DNA from: Faecousia sp.
GTDB taxonomy: Bacteria; Bacillota; Clostridia; Oscillospirales; Oscillospiraceae
Direction of reading: 5' to 3'
Assembly: GCA_045650665.1 (NCBI GenBank)
Contig: JAZRRL010000019.1
Location: forward strand, 8,454-72,453
DNA: 64,000 nucleotides
Under the pieces are notes generated by a model that was given only the letters and a program-made list of their open reading frames with translations, ran no database searches and was not told the origin of the DNA. A program made the translations under genes and the position numbers. Shown here one piece after another: positions 36,255 to 46,705 of the stretch (position 1 is its first letter; each line of letters opens with the position of its first letter).

Positions 36255-36292
36255 AAATGATCGCCCCACAATCGTGGGGCGATCTTCTTGTT

Positions 36293-36685
36293 TTACAACG
36301 AAAAACTATCGGGCAGCAGATCTGCCAGGGTTCTTTCTTCATACCCATCGGGGGTGATCATATAGATCTTAAAATCCTGCTGGCAAAATTCCCGCATCAC
36401 CTGCCGGCATACGCCGCAGGGCGGAAACAGACCGGTAATCACACCATCCTTGCCGCCGCAAACCGCAATAGCGGAGAAATCCCGCTTGCCATCATAGATG
36501 GCCTTGAAAAAGGCGGTGCGCTCTGCGCAGTTGGTGGGGCTGTAGGATGCATTTTCAATATTGCAGCCCTGATAGACGCTGCCGTCTGCGCACAGCAATG
36601 CTGCACCTACCTTATAACCGGAATAGGGCGCATAGGCGTGGGTCATAGCCTCTTTTGCCAGTTCCACCAAGCGTTCAGGTGTCAT
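36293..36685 (-). CDS. cdd: Cytidine deaminase
   Basis: PYSGYKVGAAL, GCNIENASY, CAER, PCGVCRQ. Confidence 0.96.
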   Translation of the reverse strand: MTPERLVELAKEAMTHAYAPYSGYKVGAALLCADGSVYQGCNIENASYSPTNCAERTAFFKAIYDGKRDFSAIAVCGGKDGVITGLFPPCGVCRQVMREFCQQDFKIYMITPDGYEERTLADLLPDSFSL

Positions 36686-37845
36686 ACAATCTCCTCCATA
36701 AAGCTCTTGCCCGGAGTATCCAGCTTGATATCCAACATTTGCGCAACGGTAGCGGCAATGTCTGCAAAACTGTCACGGGTGCCGAGATTTACATTCTTTA
36801 CCTTCTTGCCCATGACCAGCAGCGGCACATACTCACGGGTATGGTCGGTGGTGGCGGTGTAGCCGGGATCACAGCCATGGTCAGCGGTGATCACCACCAC
36901 ATCTTCCTCACCCAATTTTTCCAGAAGCTTGGGCAGAAATGCGTCAAATTCGTTCAGTGCCTCGGCATAGCCGTCGATATTCCGACGGTGACCGTACACC
37001 ATGTCGAAATCCACCAGATTCACAAAGCACAGACCTTCAAAATCCTTGTCGGCATAGTTCAGCGTATGCTCCATGCCATTGGTGTTGGACTGGTTGTACA
37101 CATGCTCGGTAGTACCACGGCCGGCAAAAATATCATAGATCTTGCCTACGCCAATGGATGCCTTGCCTTCCTTCTTCAGTACATCCAGCAAAGTGTCCTT
37201 GGAGGGTTCCAGAGAGAAATCGTGACGGTTGGCAGTACGCTTGAAATTACCGGGCGTTCCTACAAAGGGACGGGCGATGACACGGCCAACACCGTGCTTG
37301 CCCTGCAGAATTTTCCGGGCAATACGGCAATATTCGTACAGCTTTTCCGGAGGAACGATGTCCTCATGGGCGGCAATCTGGAATACAGAGTCCGCAGAGG
37401 TGTAGACGATCAGGTCGCCGGTTTTCATATGCTCCTCGCCAAACTTTTCAATGACCTCCGTTCCGGACCAAGGTGCATTTGCCAGCACACCACAGCCGGT
37501 CTCGGCCATGAAGGGCTCCAGAACTTCTGCGGGGAAACCATCGGGATAGGTGGGCAGGGGGTATTCGGAAACGATACCGCCGATTTCCCAGTGGCCGATA
37601 GTGGTATCCTTACCCATGGAGCTTTCCCGCAAACGGGCATACGCACCGGTGGGTACAGCTACCTTGGGCAGGCAGGTCACGCCGTCGATGTTGCCAAGGC
37701 CGGCGGCGATCATGTTGGGAATATTCAGTTTTGCGGAGGTAGCGCAGGATGCCAGCGTATTGACACCTACGTCACCGAAGGATTCACTGTCCGGCATAGC
37801 ACCGATACCAAGGGAATCCAAAACAATTAAAAAGACTCTTTTCAT
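36682..37845 (-). CDS. deoB: Phosphopentomutase
   Basis: IVLDSLGIG, GKDTTIGHWE, RVIARPF, DMVYGHRR, TADHGCDP, DHTREYVP. Confidence 0.96.
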   Translation of the reverse strand: MKRVFLIVLDSLGIGAMPDSESFGDVGVNTLASCATSAKLNIPNMIAAGLGNIDGVTCLPKVAVPTGAYARLRESSMGKDTTIGHWEIGGIVSEYPLPTYPDGFPAEVLEPFMAETGCGVLANAPWSGTEVIEKFGEEHMKTGDLIVYTSADSVFQIAAHEDIVPPEKLYEYCRIARKILQGKHGVGRVIARPFVGTPGNFKRTANRHDFSLEPSKDTLLDVLKKEGKASIGVGKIYDIFAGRGTTEHVYNQSNTNGMEHTLNYADKDFEGLCFVNLVDFDMVYGHRRNIDGYAEALNEFDAFLPKLLEKLGEEDVVVITADHGCDPGYTATTDHTREYVPLLVMGKKVKNVNLGTRDSFADIAATVAQMLDIKLDTPGKSFMEEIV

Positions 37846-37883
37846 AGGGGCACCTCAAACAGGGGTTTGACAAACGTCAATTC

Positions 37884-38630
37884 TTACTTGTTCTCCATAG
37901 CCACGGCAGTGTCCAGAGCAACCTTCATCATGGTGGTAAAGGCATTCTGACGCTCGTCAGAGGATGTGACCTCGCCGGTGATGATGTGGTCGGAAATGGT
38001 GCAGATGCACAGCGCGCGCTTGCCGTAACGGGCAGCGTTCATATACAGTGCGGCGGCTTCCATTTCCAGAGCCATAACGCCCATCTTCTTCTGGTTATAC
38101 AAGGTATCCAAGCCATAGGGAACTTCAGCATGGTCGCCGTAGAATACATCAGAGGAATTGACGTTACCCACATGATAGGTTGCACCATTTTCCTTGGCAG
38201 CCTCCACAGCAGCGCTCAGCAATTCAAAGTCCGCAATGGGTGCAAACGTGCCGGGGAAATGGAACTGATGGGCAAAATTGGAGTCGGTGCATGCGCCCTG
38301 GGCAATAACCAGGTCATACAGCTTGATTTTCTCCTGAATAGATCCGGCAGAGCCAACACGAATGATGTTCTCCACGCCGTAACCGTTATACAGCTCATGG
38401 GAGTAGATGCCGATGGCGGGCATACCCATACCGGAAGCCATAACGGAAACCTTCACGCCCTTGTAAGTGCCGGTGTAGCCGTGAACGCCGCGGACATTGT
38501 TCACCAGAACGGGGTTCTCCAGGAAATTCTCAGCGATAAATTTGCTGCGCAGGGGGTCGCCGGGCATCAAAACGGTTTTGCCGAAATCGCCGGGAGCGGC
38601 AGCAATATGGGGAGTAGGTGTAGTCAGCAT
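37884..38630 (-). CDS. deoD: Purine nucleoside phosphorylase (hexameric DeoD type)
   Basis: TPHI, MPGDPLR, VRG, GMGMPA, RVGSAG, LEMEAA. Confidence 0.96.
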   Translation of the reverse strand: MLTTPTPHIAAAPGDFGKTVLMPGDPLRSKFIAENFLENPVLVNNVRGVHGYTGTYKGVKVSVMASGMGMPAIGIYSHELYNGYGVENIIRVGSAGSIQEKIKLYDLVIAQGACTDSNFAHQFHFPGTFAPIADFELLSAAVEAAKENGATYHVGNVNSSDVFYGDHAEVPYGLDTLYNQKKMGVMALEMEAAALYMNAARYGKRALCICTISDHIITGEVTSSDERQNAFTTMMKVALDTAVAMENK

Positions 38631-38649
38631 ACTTGTATTCTCCTTTGTT

Positions 38650-39318
38650 TTAGTATGTACCGTCGTTAGCCAGACCCTTTGCGATCTTGACGATACGGCT
38701 GGTGCCCAGGCGGGAAGCGCCCAGCTCGATGAACTTTTCTGCATCCTCGATGCTGGAAATGCCGCCTGCGGCCTTGATCTTCACATGGGGTGCAACATAT
38801 TTTGCAAACAGAGCCACATCTTCAAAGGTGGCGCCGGCCTTGCTGAAGCCGGTAGAGGTCTTGATATAGTCTGCGCCGGAATCAGATACGCACTTACACA
38901 GAGCGATCTTTTCCTCGTCGGTCAGCAGGCAGGTTTCGATGATGACCTTCAGCAGCTTGCCATCGCAAGCTTCCTTAATGGCAGCGATCTCGTCGGTGAT
39001 CTCAGCCCACTTACCTTCCTTAGCCCAGCCGATGTTGATAACCATATCCACCTCGTCAGCGCCATTTGCTACAGCATCAGAAGCCATGAAGCACTTGCTT
39101 GCAGTGGTGGCATAACCGTTGGGGAAACCGATAACGGTGCAGATTGCCAGTTTTTCGCCCACATATTCCTTAGCTTGCTTGACGAAGGATGCGGGAATAC
39201 AAACAGATGCAGTAGCGTACTTCATGCCGTCATCACAGATTGCCTTGATTTCCTCCCATGTGGAGGTCTGTGCCAGCAAGGTATGGTCACATTTTGCCAA
39301 AATTTCTTTGATATCCAT
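38650..39318 (-). CDS. deoC: Deoxyribose-phosphate aldolase
   Basis: DHTLL, GFPNG, DMVIN, KVIIET, IKTSTGF, KAAGGI, RLGTS. Confidence 0.97.
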   Translation of the reverse strand: MDIKEILAKCDHTLLAQTSTWEEIKAICDDGMKYATASVCIPASFVKQAKEYVGEKLAICTVIGFPNGYATTASKCFMASDAVANGADEVDMVINIGWAKEGKWAEITDEIAAIKEACDGKLLKVIIETCLLTDEEKIALCKCVSDSGADYIKTSTGFSKAGATFEDVALFAKYVAPHVKIKAAGGISSIEDAEKFIELGASRLGTSRIVKIAKGLANDGTY

Positions 39319-39332
39319 GGTAAATCTCTCCT

Positions 39333-40478
39333 TTAAGATTCTTCGTTTGTATCGTTGGTAAAAATGTAATAGTTTCCGTAGTGATATTCCATGTTGTAGG
39401 TGCTGTAATTTAAGGTTTCCGGATCTTCATCTAAGCCTATATAATCCCAGGTCCGAATGGTTGCACCGGAAATTTCCCCATCCTCCCGATAAATGTATTT
39501 CCAATAGACTACACTGCGATGTGCAGTACCTGCATACCAATAGTCAGGTTCAGCCTTTACCGCAGCATAGGGTTTTTCTGCATTTCCTTCATAATAGAAA
39601 CGAATTATGGTTCTGACATAGTCACCATCGACCAGTTTCTCTTCAATTAACCGTCCCTGGTCATCGTAAAGGTAGATTACCTCGCTTGTAGAACTGGAAT
39701 ATGTCCACAGATGACCCGTTGCTTTCACCACCTTGCCATTTTCATAGGTGTATGCGGCATGGTATTCTTCGCCGGAGTCCTGTACATATCGCTCGGTTGC
39801 AACAGTGCCATCCGGGTTATAGGTATAGGTGCGCACTGCAAACAGATAGCTTTGATTATTCTCCATTGCTCCGACATAGCGGATCTCCGTCAAATTTCCG
39901 TTTGCATCAAACACACATTCTCTCTTCGTATCCGTACGGTCAGGAAGCCTCGCCTGATATGCACGAACATTCAAATCACCGTAATTTTCTATCATTGTTC
40001 CATCCGGCTCATACAAAAATGTGTGCCAATCGCCATCGTGGATATTGCCAAGGGCATCTTCGTACCAAATTTTCCGTTGCAGCGGGACATCTTCCAGAAC
40101 GGTGAATTTCGCCAACCATTCTTCCCGGGTGATGGAAAACGCATCTGGGGGATAGTTATTTTTTACATAATCCGAATCGATCCATGGGTCCACCATGGAT
40201 GCGCCCAGCAGATGGGTATACACCTGCTCGTACAGTTTACTGCCGCTGATATACTGAGGATTATTGGTGTTTTCTTCCCAATAGCCGCCCTGGAGCAGAA
40301 CGTCAATATGCCATACATACTTGTTCAGCGCAGAGATTACAGATGTGCTGGGTTTCTTTTCTTTCGACGTGGTAGAGCTGGTCTTTTTAGGGCCGCGGTC
40401 ATCATCGTCATCTTCTTCGCAGGCTGTAAAGGTGAATACCATGCACAGTGCCAACAAAATTGCAATCAGTTTTTTCAT
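39333..40478 (-). CDS. Lipoprotein with YD/RHS-like repeats
   Basis: Lipobox FTAC; [38 protein letters not shown]. Confidence 0.7.
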   Translation of the reverse strand: MKKLIAILLALCMVFTFTACEEDDDDDRGPKKTSSTTSKEKKPSTSVISALNKYVWHIDVLLQGGYWEENTNNPQYISGSKLYEQVYTHLLGASMVDPWIDSDYVKNNYPPDAFSITREEWLAKFTVLEDVPLQRKIWYEDALGNIHDGDWHTFLYEPDGTMIENYGDLNVRAYQARLPDRTDTKRECVFDANGNLTEIRYVGAMENNQSYLFAVRTYTYNPDGTVATERYVQDSGEEYHAAYTYENGKVVKATGHLWTYSSSTSEVIYLYDDQGRLIEEKLVDGDYVRTIIRFYYEGNAEKPYAAVKAEPDYWYAGTAHRSVVYWKYIYREDGEISGATIRTWDYIGLDEDPETLNYSTYNMEYHYGNYYIFTNDTNEES

Positions 40479-40489
40479 GCTTGCATTCC

Positions 40490-41098
40490 TCATGTGTTCT
40501 GCCCGTGGAGCTTGATCTTCTTGTGCTCCCGGATGCCGTGAACATAGCATCTGTGGCACATGGCGATGTAGCTGTCGTTACCGCCCAGCACCACCTGCGC
40601 ACCTTGGGTAACGATAAAACCTTCACTGTCGATACGGGCATTGATAATGGCCTTTGCACCGCAATCGCACATGGTCTTGATCTCCTCAATCACATCTGCC
40701 AATTCCATCAGACGCATGGAACCGGGGAACAGCTTGGTCTGAAAGTCCGTACGCAGGCCGAAGCAAAGCACGGGAACCGCATATTCATTGACGATGGAAC
40801 GAAGCTGATCCACCTGATCAGGGGTCATAAACTGGCACTCGTCCACAATGACCACATTGCACTTGCCCTTTTGGGTTTGGGTGAAGCGGTCAAAAATGTC
40901 CATATCCGGCGTCATGACCTCCACATTGGCCTGCAGACCGATGCGGCTGCGCAGAACATCTGCACCATCACGGGTGTCTGCGCTGGGCTTGATAAGCCAG
41001 ACGGACATATCATTTTCTTCGTAATTATACTTGGTAATCAGTGCCTGAGCAGTCTTGCTGGAACCCATTGCACCGTATTTAAAATAAAGCTTTGCCAT
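40490..41098 (-). CDS. tdk: Thymidine kinase
   Basis: YGAMGSSKT, VDECQF, FGLRTDF, C..G..A..NAR, Y.AMCHRC. Confidence 0.96.
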   Translation of the reverse strand: MAKLYFKYGAMGSSKTAQALITKYNYEENDMSVWLIKPSADTRDGADVLRSRIGLQANVEVMTPDMDIFDRFTQTQKGKCNVVIVDECQFMTPDQVDQLRSIVNEYAVPVLCFGLRTDFQTKLFPGSMRLMELADVIEEIKTMCDCGAKAIINARIDSEGFIVTQGAQVVLGGNDSYIAMCHRCYVHGIREHKKIKLHGQNT

Positions 41099-41184
41099 CT
41101 TTCTCTCTCCTTCCCTGCCAGGCACTGTATTATACCAAAAAAGTGCCCTCATTGCAAGGTGTTTTTATAGCATGTTGTCCAAAA

Positions 41185-41649
41185 TTACACTTTGGGCAAT
41201 CCCTTCTGCGCCAGTTCAATATAATGCGCTGCGCTGTGCTGATTGTCTGCAATCTGCTCTGCTGTTGCCGCTTTGACCACCTTTGCAGGACTTCCCAAAA
41301 GCACAGAACCATCCGGTGCATCGATCTTTCCCGTAACCAGTGCGCCTGCACCGATGATACAGTTATTTCCGATTACTGCGCCATTTAAAATAATTGCGCC
41401 CATGCCTACCAAGGTGTTGTCACCAATCGTACAACCATGCACAATCGCACCGTGTCCCACTGTGCAATTTTTACCCAAAGTGGTCTTTTCGTGGAGAATG
41501 CAACGATCCTGAATGTTTGTGCCATCTCCCACTGAAATCGTGCCGCTGTCGCCACGCAGAACTGCACCATACCAGATATTAACCTGATCGCCCAGCACCA
41601 CATCTCCGGTCACCACAGCATCCGGGGCAATATAGACTGCTTTTGCCAT
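41185..41649 (-). CDS. Gamma carbonic anhydrase family (hexapeptide repeat) protein
   Basis: IWYGAVLRGD, NIQD...H, GHGAIVHGC. Confidence 0.92.
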   Translation of the reverse strand: MAKAVYIAPDAVVTGDVVLGDQVNIWYGAVLRGDSGTISVGDGTNIQDRCILHEKTTLGKNCTVGHGAIVHGCTIGDNTLVGMGAIILNGAVIGNNCIIGAGALVTGKIDAPDGSVLLGSPAKVVKAATAEQIADNQHSAAHYIELAQKGLPKV

Positions 41650-41709
41650 ATTCTTCTCCTTGTGTTTTTTCTTTTATTATAGTAGAAAAAACCTATGCTT
41701 GCAAGTATT

Positions 41710-42627
41710 TTATCCCATCGCGGCAGTGACCAAAATACCCAAATTATCCCGATAAATTTCGTCAAATTGTGCGATTGGCAGAGGATTTTCCCCCTCGCCC
41801 ACCTCAATGGTATACCCCGGTCGGCGGAAATACTTGATAAACCAATCCTTGTACCCGGCAAATGCCGACAAAAAAGGCGTTTCCTCCAGAGAATAGCCAC
41901 TTACCTGCGCAAAACGCTCTCCCAAAGCCCGGGCGCCGGGTATATCGTAATCCTGAAACTGCCAATAGATTACCTTGCCTTGGGTGTGATATGCCAACAC
42001 CAACGCAGGATCAACGGCTTCGGTGTAGCCGGCCAAGGCCCGGGTTTCAAACTGATCTAAGGGCGCACGGCCTACGAAATCCCGGGGTGCAGGACGCGTA
42101 AAACCTTGGGCATATTTATTTTCCCGAGCCTGCAACCAACCTGCCGGGTAATTGAGATTTAAGTCCACGCCCAAAAGGTTTGCTTTCCAGCCGTCGGGGA
42201 ACGGAATAGCCGGAAATCCCGATGCGATAGACTGCGCCAACACATATTGGGGATCTCCCTGGGCAATCTCTCCGGTGACCAAGGCAACTCCGTCCGGGTT
42301 AACCATGGGCACTGTGTAAATGGTGGCAGTATTGCGAAGCTCTGCAGCATTCACACCTCCGATTTGTCCGTTCGACTCGATGGCCTGAGCAAAATCCTCC
42401 ACAAATTTCAAAATCACCGGTGTGGTGATCCACTCATTGGCATGGTGGGATGCGGAATACAGTACTTTCCGTGGACCATTACCGATGACCAGCGTGCGAA
42501 TAGGTCTGCCAAAGGCGGTACGTCCCAACAGCTCGCTGCGGCAGAACCGATAACGGGCAGTAATATTTTCAATAGTCCGCACGCACAGCGACGGTGTCAT
42601 CGGTACAGTTGTGTTTACAATCGGCAT
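41710..42627 (-). CDS. M14 zinc peptidase (gamma-D-glutamyl-meso-DAP peptidase I-like, no LysM)
   Basis: HANEW, NPDG, VDLNLN, YHTQG, YTIEVG. Confidence 0.87.
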   Translation of the reverse strand: MPIVNTTVPMTPSLCVRTIENITARYRFCRSELLGRTAFGRPIRTLVIGNGPRKVLYSASHHANEWITTPVILKFVEDFAQAIESNGQIGGVNAAELRNTATIYTVPMVNPDGVALVTGEIAQGDPQYVLAQSIASGFPAIPFPDGWKANLLGVDLNLNYPAGWLQARENKYAQGFTRPAPRDFVGRAPLDQFETRALAGYTEAVDPALVLAYHTQGKVIYWQFQDYDIPGARALGERFAQVSGYSLEETPFLSAFAGYKDWFIKYFRRPGYTIEVGEGENPLPIAQFDEIYRDNLGILVTAAMG

Positions 42628-42724
42628 ACGATCACCTCAAGGATATATATGCACTGCCCTACCGCTTGTTTCCGGAAGAAGTTTGTGGTATACTTTTTAT
42701 ATGACATTGAAAAAGGAGTCCGTT

Positions 42725-44392
42725 ATGCCTATTCAACTGACAACTGTGCAGGGAGAAAAGCTCCTGCAAACAAATGAAACTCCATGGACTATCTATCCCC
42801 GTCCCCAGATGCGTCGTGATAGTTATGTAAACCTTAACGGCACATGGGAACTTTCTGTCGAAGATGAAATTTACGAAATTCGTGTGCCTTTCTGCCCGGA
42901 AAGTCTGCTTTCCGGGGTGCAAAAGCATTTTTCCGAAGGCGCACGCTTAAAATATCGTCGAAAATTTACCTTGCCAGAGGGATTTAACCGGGGTCGGGTG
43001 CTTTTGCACATCGGTGCGGCCGATCAAAAAGCAGAGATTTATGTAAACCAAACCCATTTAGCCACCCACATTGGCGGCTATGACAGTTTCACCGTGGACA
43101 TCACCTCCGCCTTGCAGGCTGAAAACGAATTGGTGATCCTTTGCACTGACGATCTGCGGGATCAAAGCCAGCCCTACGGCAAGCAGGTGCTTCCTAAAAA
43201 ACGTGGTGGCATGTGGTACACCCCGGTGTCCGGCATTTGGCAAAGCGTTTGGTTAGAAAGCGTACCAAAGGAATATATCCAAAAAATCCGCATTGACAAC
43301 CGCGGATATTCTGTGGACATTTCCATTTCCCCCGTTTTGGACGGAAATGTCATCGTTCCCGGTTTGGGCGAATACCCCCTGATTGACGGAAAGGTTACGA
43401 TCACCCCGGAAAAACCCCAGCTTTGGAGTCCGGAAAATCCTTATCTGTACGATTTTTCCGTTGAAACTGCACAGGATAAAATAGACTCTTATTTTGCCAT
43501 TCGTTCTCTGGAAATCAAGGATAACCGGCTATGTCTGAACGGCAAACCCTATTTCTTCCACGGTCTGCTGGATCAGGGCTACTGGCCTGATGGCCTGCTG
43601 ACGCCCGCCACACCGGAATGCTACGATGAGGACATTCTGGCAATGAAGAAGCTGGGCTTCAACATGCTGCGCAAGCACATTAAGGTGGAGCCGGAGGAAT
43701 TTTACTATCAGTGTGACCGGCTGGGTATGGTTGTTTTTCAAGACATGGTGAACAACGGCGATTATTCCTTCTTCCGGGATACTGCTCTGCCCACCATCGG
43801 TCTGCAAAAATTGTCGGATAAGCGTCTGCATCGGGACAAAAAGACCCGGCAGGAATTTCTGCGGCAGATGGAACTGACCGTGCGTCAGCTGCAAAACCAT
43901 CCCAGCATCTGCTACTGGACCATTTTCAACGAAGGCTGGGGGCAGTTTGACAGCGACAATGTTTACGAAATGTTCCGTAAGCTGGATGACACGCGCTTTA
44001 TTGACAGCACCTCCGGCTGGTTCCGGCAGAGAAAGACCGATGTGGACAGCCGTCATGTATATTTCAAGCCTATCAAGCTTACTGCAACAGAAAAACCGCT
44101 GGTACTGTCGGAGTTTGGTGGCTATTCCTACAAGCCGGAAGGCCATGTGTTCAACACGGAAAGCACCTACGGCTACGGAAAATACAAAACAGCAGAGGAT
44201 TTCTCCGCTGCCGTTACCGAGCTGTATGAACAGCAGGTAATTCCCGCCAAGGAAAACGGTCTGTGTGCCGCTGTTTATACGCAAGTTTCCGATATTGAGG
44301 ACGAAACCAACGGTATTCTCACCTATGACCGCAAGGTGTGCAAGCTGACACCGGATAGGATGCTGCCCATTGCAGAAAAACTGTGTAAATGA
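42725..44392 (+). CDS. Glycoside hydrolase family 2 (beta-galactosidase/glucuronidase-like)
   Basis: LLHIGAAD, LNGKP, GFNMLRKH, WTIFNEGWG (acid/base), SEFGG (nucleophile). Confidence 0.9.
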   Translation: MPIQLTTVQGEKLLQTNETPWTIYPRPQMRRDSYVNLNGTWELSVEDEIYEIRVPFCPESLLSGVQKHFSEGARLKYRRKFTLPEGFNRGRVLLHIGAADQKAEIYVNQTHLATHIGGYDSFTVDITSALQAENELVILCTDDLRDQSQPYGKQVLPKKRGGMWYTPVSGIWQSVWLESVPKEYIQKIRIDNRGYSVDISISPVLDGNVIVPGLGEYPLIDGKVTITPEKPQLWSPENPYLYDFSVETAQDKIDSYFAIRSLEIKDNRLCLNGKPYFFHGLLDQGYWPDGLLTPATPECYDEDILAMKKLGFNMLRKHIKVEPEEFYYQCDRLGMVVFQDMVNNGDYSFFRDTALPTIGLQKLSDKRLHRDKKTRQEFLRQMELTVRQLQNHPSICYWTIFNEGWGQFDSDNVYEMFRKLDDTRFIDSTSGWFRQRKTDVDSRHVYFKPIKLTATEKPLVLSEFGGYSYKPEGHVFNTESTYGYGKYKTAEDFSAAVTELYEQQVIPAKENGLCAAVYTQVSDIEDETNGILTYDRKVCKLTPDRMLPIAEKLCK

Positions 44393-44408
44393 AGAAAGAG
44401 GTAATTTT

Positions 44409-45359
44409 ATGAAAAATAAAAAGCACCTTCAAACTGTTGCAATCTCTATGATCATTACCTTGGTTGTGGTTTTCGCTGTACTATTTGGAATCAAGTTGTA
44501 TAAAAAGCACCTTGTACAATCCAGTTACGGCGATACACCCAATTCTGCCAATCAATACGCCAAGAATGTTACTATGATCCAGTTAATCGCCAATCCCGAA
44601 AAGTATGACGGTGAGCTGGTCAGAGTGATTGGTGTCGGCAATCTGGAATTTGAGGGGGATTGCATTGCGCTCAGTAAAGAAGATCTAAAATACGGTGTTG
44701 GAAATTCCATTTGGATCGAACTTGGTAAAAAAGCAATTTCTTATGAAGAAGCCAAACAGTATAACGGAGAATACGTCATTGTTGAAGGCATTTTTGACAA
44801 GGATTACTGCGGTCATATGGGTTTGTTCCGTGGCTCTATCAAAAACATAAACCGTTACGAGCTTTGGAATGTACCGTACGACCCACTTGATATGTATTCC
44901 ATTACCCAGACCGACACTTTTACATACGCCTATAAGGTCGTGGATAAAAACGGTACTGTTTTGTTTTCAGGAGAGACGAATACCAAGCTACCGAAAGTTA
45001 CGCAGGTTAACACCCACACCTTGGAAGTGACTGTACAAACCGGAACCGGACTTGCAACAAATTGGGCGGTATACTGTGATGTAGAAAACAGTAAGCTGTC
45101 TGAAACCTTCCAATATGTTTTGATGGCCCAGGGCGATTATGTTATTTATGCAAAATCAAACAATGGTGAACCAAGCGTCGTCGTTCAAAATATCTTCGAT
45201 AAGTCCGAATATTACAAAGAGTATGTACTAACGAACTGTTCTCCCGTTGCAGGAGATCCTGTGCTCTCTGCAAAACCTGATGGAGAGGGACGCGCAGTCG
45301 TCACCTATCTCACTGGCGAAGATTACAAAGAAACAGAATTGATAATATGTTTTCCATAA
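44409..45359 (+). CDS. Hypothetical membrane-anchored protein
   Basis: N-terminal TM helix; AT-richer than flanks; GAGG RBS before ATG 44409. Confidence 0.7.
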   Translation: MKNKKHLQTVAISMIITLVVVFAVLFGIKLYKKHLVQSSYGDTPNSANQYAKNVTMIQLIANPEKYDGELVRVIGVGNLEFEGDCIALSKEDLKYGVGNSIWIELGKKAISYEEAKQYNGEYVIVEGIFDKDYCGHMGLFRGSIKNINRYELWNVPYDPLDMYSITQTDTFTYAYKVVDKNGTVLFSGETNTKLPKVTQVNTHTLEVTVQTGTGLATNWAVYCDVENSKLSETFQYVLMAQGDYVIYAKSNNGEPSVVVQNIFDKSEYYKEYVLTNCSPVAGDPVLSAKPDGEGRAVVTYLTGEDYKETELIICFP

Positions 45360-45360
45360 T

Positions 45361-45389
45361 AAAATCCCTGCACGAAAGTGCAGGGATTT
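45361..45389. terminator. Bidirectional terminator
   Basis: aaaatccctgcac-gaaa-gtgcagggattt. Confidence 0.82.
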
Positions 45390-45392
45390 CTT

Positions 45393-46610
45393 TTACTTTG
45401 CATTAATTCGGTTCTTAATTTGCTCCAAAGCCGTTTTCATAGCATTGTAAGTTTTCTCGGAAACCCGATCCAAATACCGGTTTTCATAGCCGGCAATTGC
45501 TTCTTGCATCCGCAAGATGCGCATAGAGCCGTCTTCATCTTTTTCCAGATAAACAGGCACATAATCAAAGCCGGTGACCTTGGTTTCTCCCGTTTCGCCA
45601 TCCTTGGTAATTTCCAGATCCAGAAGAACGGAATAATTTGCCTCCACAGTATCGTACAGATCACCCAAGGACCAGGCAACAAATGTTCCATTTTCTTTAT
45701 CCAGCTCCATTTTTTGCACATTGTGGGGATGTGTGCCGATGATGGCATCCACGCCCTCGTCCTGCAGAAGCTGGCAGATCTTCTTTTGTGTCTTGCTGAC
45801 CTGATTGCTTAGCTCGCTGCCCCAGTGAACCAGTGCGATCATCACATCCGGATTATGGGCGGCGGCATTGCGTACAATCTTTGTGATTCCATCGGTATCC
45901 ACCTTCTGGAAGGTGTTTTGGTAATCCTCGTACAGCAGGTTTACACAGTTTTCAGTGGGCAGACCACCGCTGTCCACCATACCCTTGGTAAAAGCCATCA
46001 TAGCGATCTTGATGCCCTTAACCTCCCAGATGATATAGCCGCCGGATTGCTCAAAATCCGCCTTGCCTGAATATGTTCCCAGGGGGGTCATGCCGGCACC
46101 TTGAATTCCCTGAATGGTAGAACTCAAGCCTCGCAGGCTATCGTAAAGTGCGTAGGAATTTGCCGTCTGTAAAACATCTACACCGGCATTTTTCAGCGCT
46201 TTCAGCAATTCCGGAGGTGCATATTTCGTGGCTGTACCGTAAGTGTTTCCACCAACAATTCCCTCGAAATTCAAAATCGTTACATCACCGGATGCCAGCA
46301 CCGGCAGAACATCCTTAAACACCGGAGCAAAATCATAGCCGTTGGCGGTTTCTCCTGCCGCCACACTTTCGTCCGTGATGTTGATATTACCGCCTGCCAC
46401 CAGATGAATCACCTTGTCCGGCAGGGGTGCAGGTTTTTCGGTATTATCCCCATTGTTCCATGGCTGCAGCACAATAACCGCAACTGCAATGGCACAAAAC
46501 AGCAATCCACCCACAAGGAGCAGCGGCATTTTCATTGACAGTTTTCGACGGTATTGGGCGGGCACCGCCTTGCGGCTATGCCGTCTGACCTTTTTCTCTT
46601 GTTCTTCCAT
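45393..46610 (-). CDS. CapA/PGA_cap family metallophosphatase-like protein
   Basis: TM anchor; ILNFEG, LKNAGVDVLQTAN, VHWGSE, IIGTHPH, WSLGD. Confidence 0.85.
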   Translation of the reverse strand: MEEQEKKVRRHSRKAVPAQYRRKLSMKMPLLLVGGLLFCAIAVAVIVLQPWNNGDNTEKPAPLPDKVIHLVAGGNINITDESVAAGETANGYDFAPVFKDVLPVLASGDVTILNFEGIVGGNTYGTATKYAPPELLKALKNAGVDVLQTANSYALYDSLRGLSSTIQGIQGAGMTPLGTYSGKADFEQSGGYIIWEVKGIKIAMMAFTKGMVDSGGLPTENCVNLLYEDYQNTFQKVDTDGITKIVRNAAAHNPDVMIALVHWGSELSNQVSKTQKKICQLLQDEGVDAIIGTHPHNVQKMELDKENGTFVAWSLGDLYDTVEANYSVLLDLEITKDGETGETKVTGFDYVPVYLEKDEDGSMRILRMQEAIAGYENRYLDRVSEKTYNAMKTALEQIKNRINAK

Positions 46611-46705
46611 AGCCGCCTCCTTGTTTTAATAAGTAAGGCTATTATATACCATAAATTCTGTTTATACAAGGAGAAAAAACAGCATTTTCCCCGTATCTAA
46701 TGGTA

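Noticed and set aside
39333-40478. RHS polymorphic toxin
   Set aside because: Short lipoprotein with no RHS core or DPxG cleavage motif, no toxin tip and no immunity gene.
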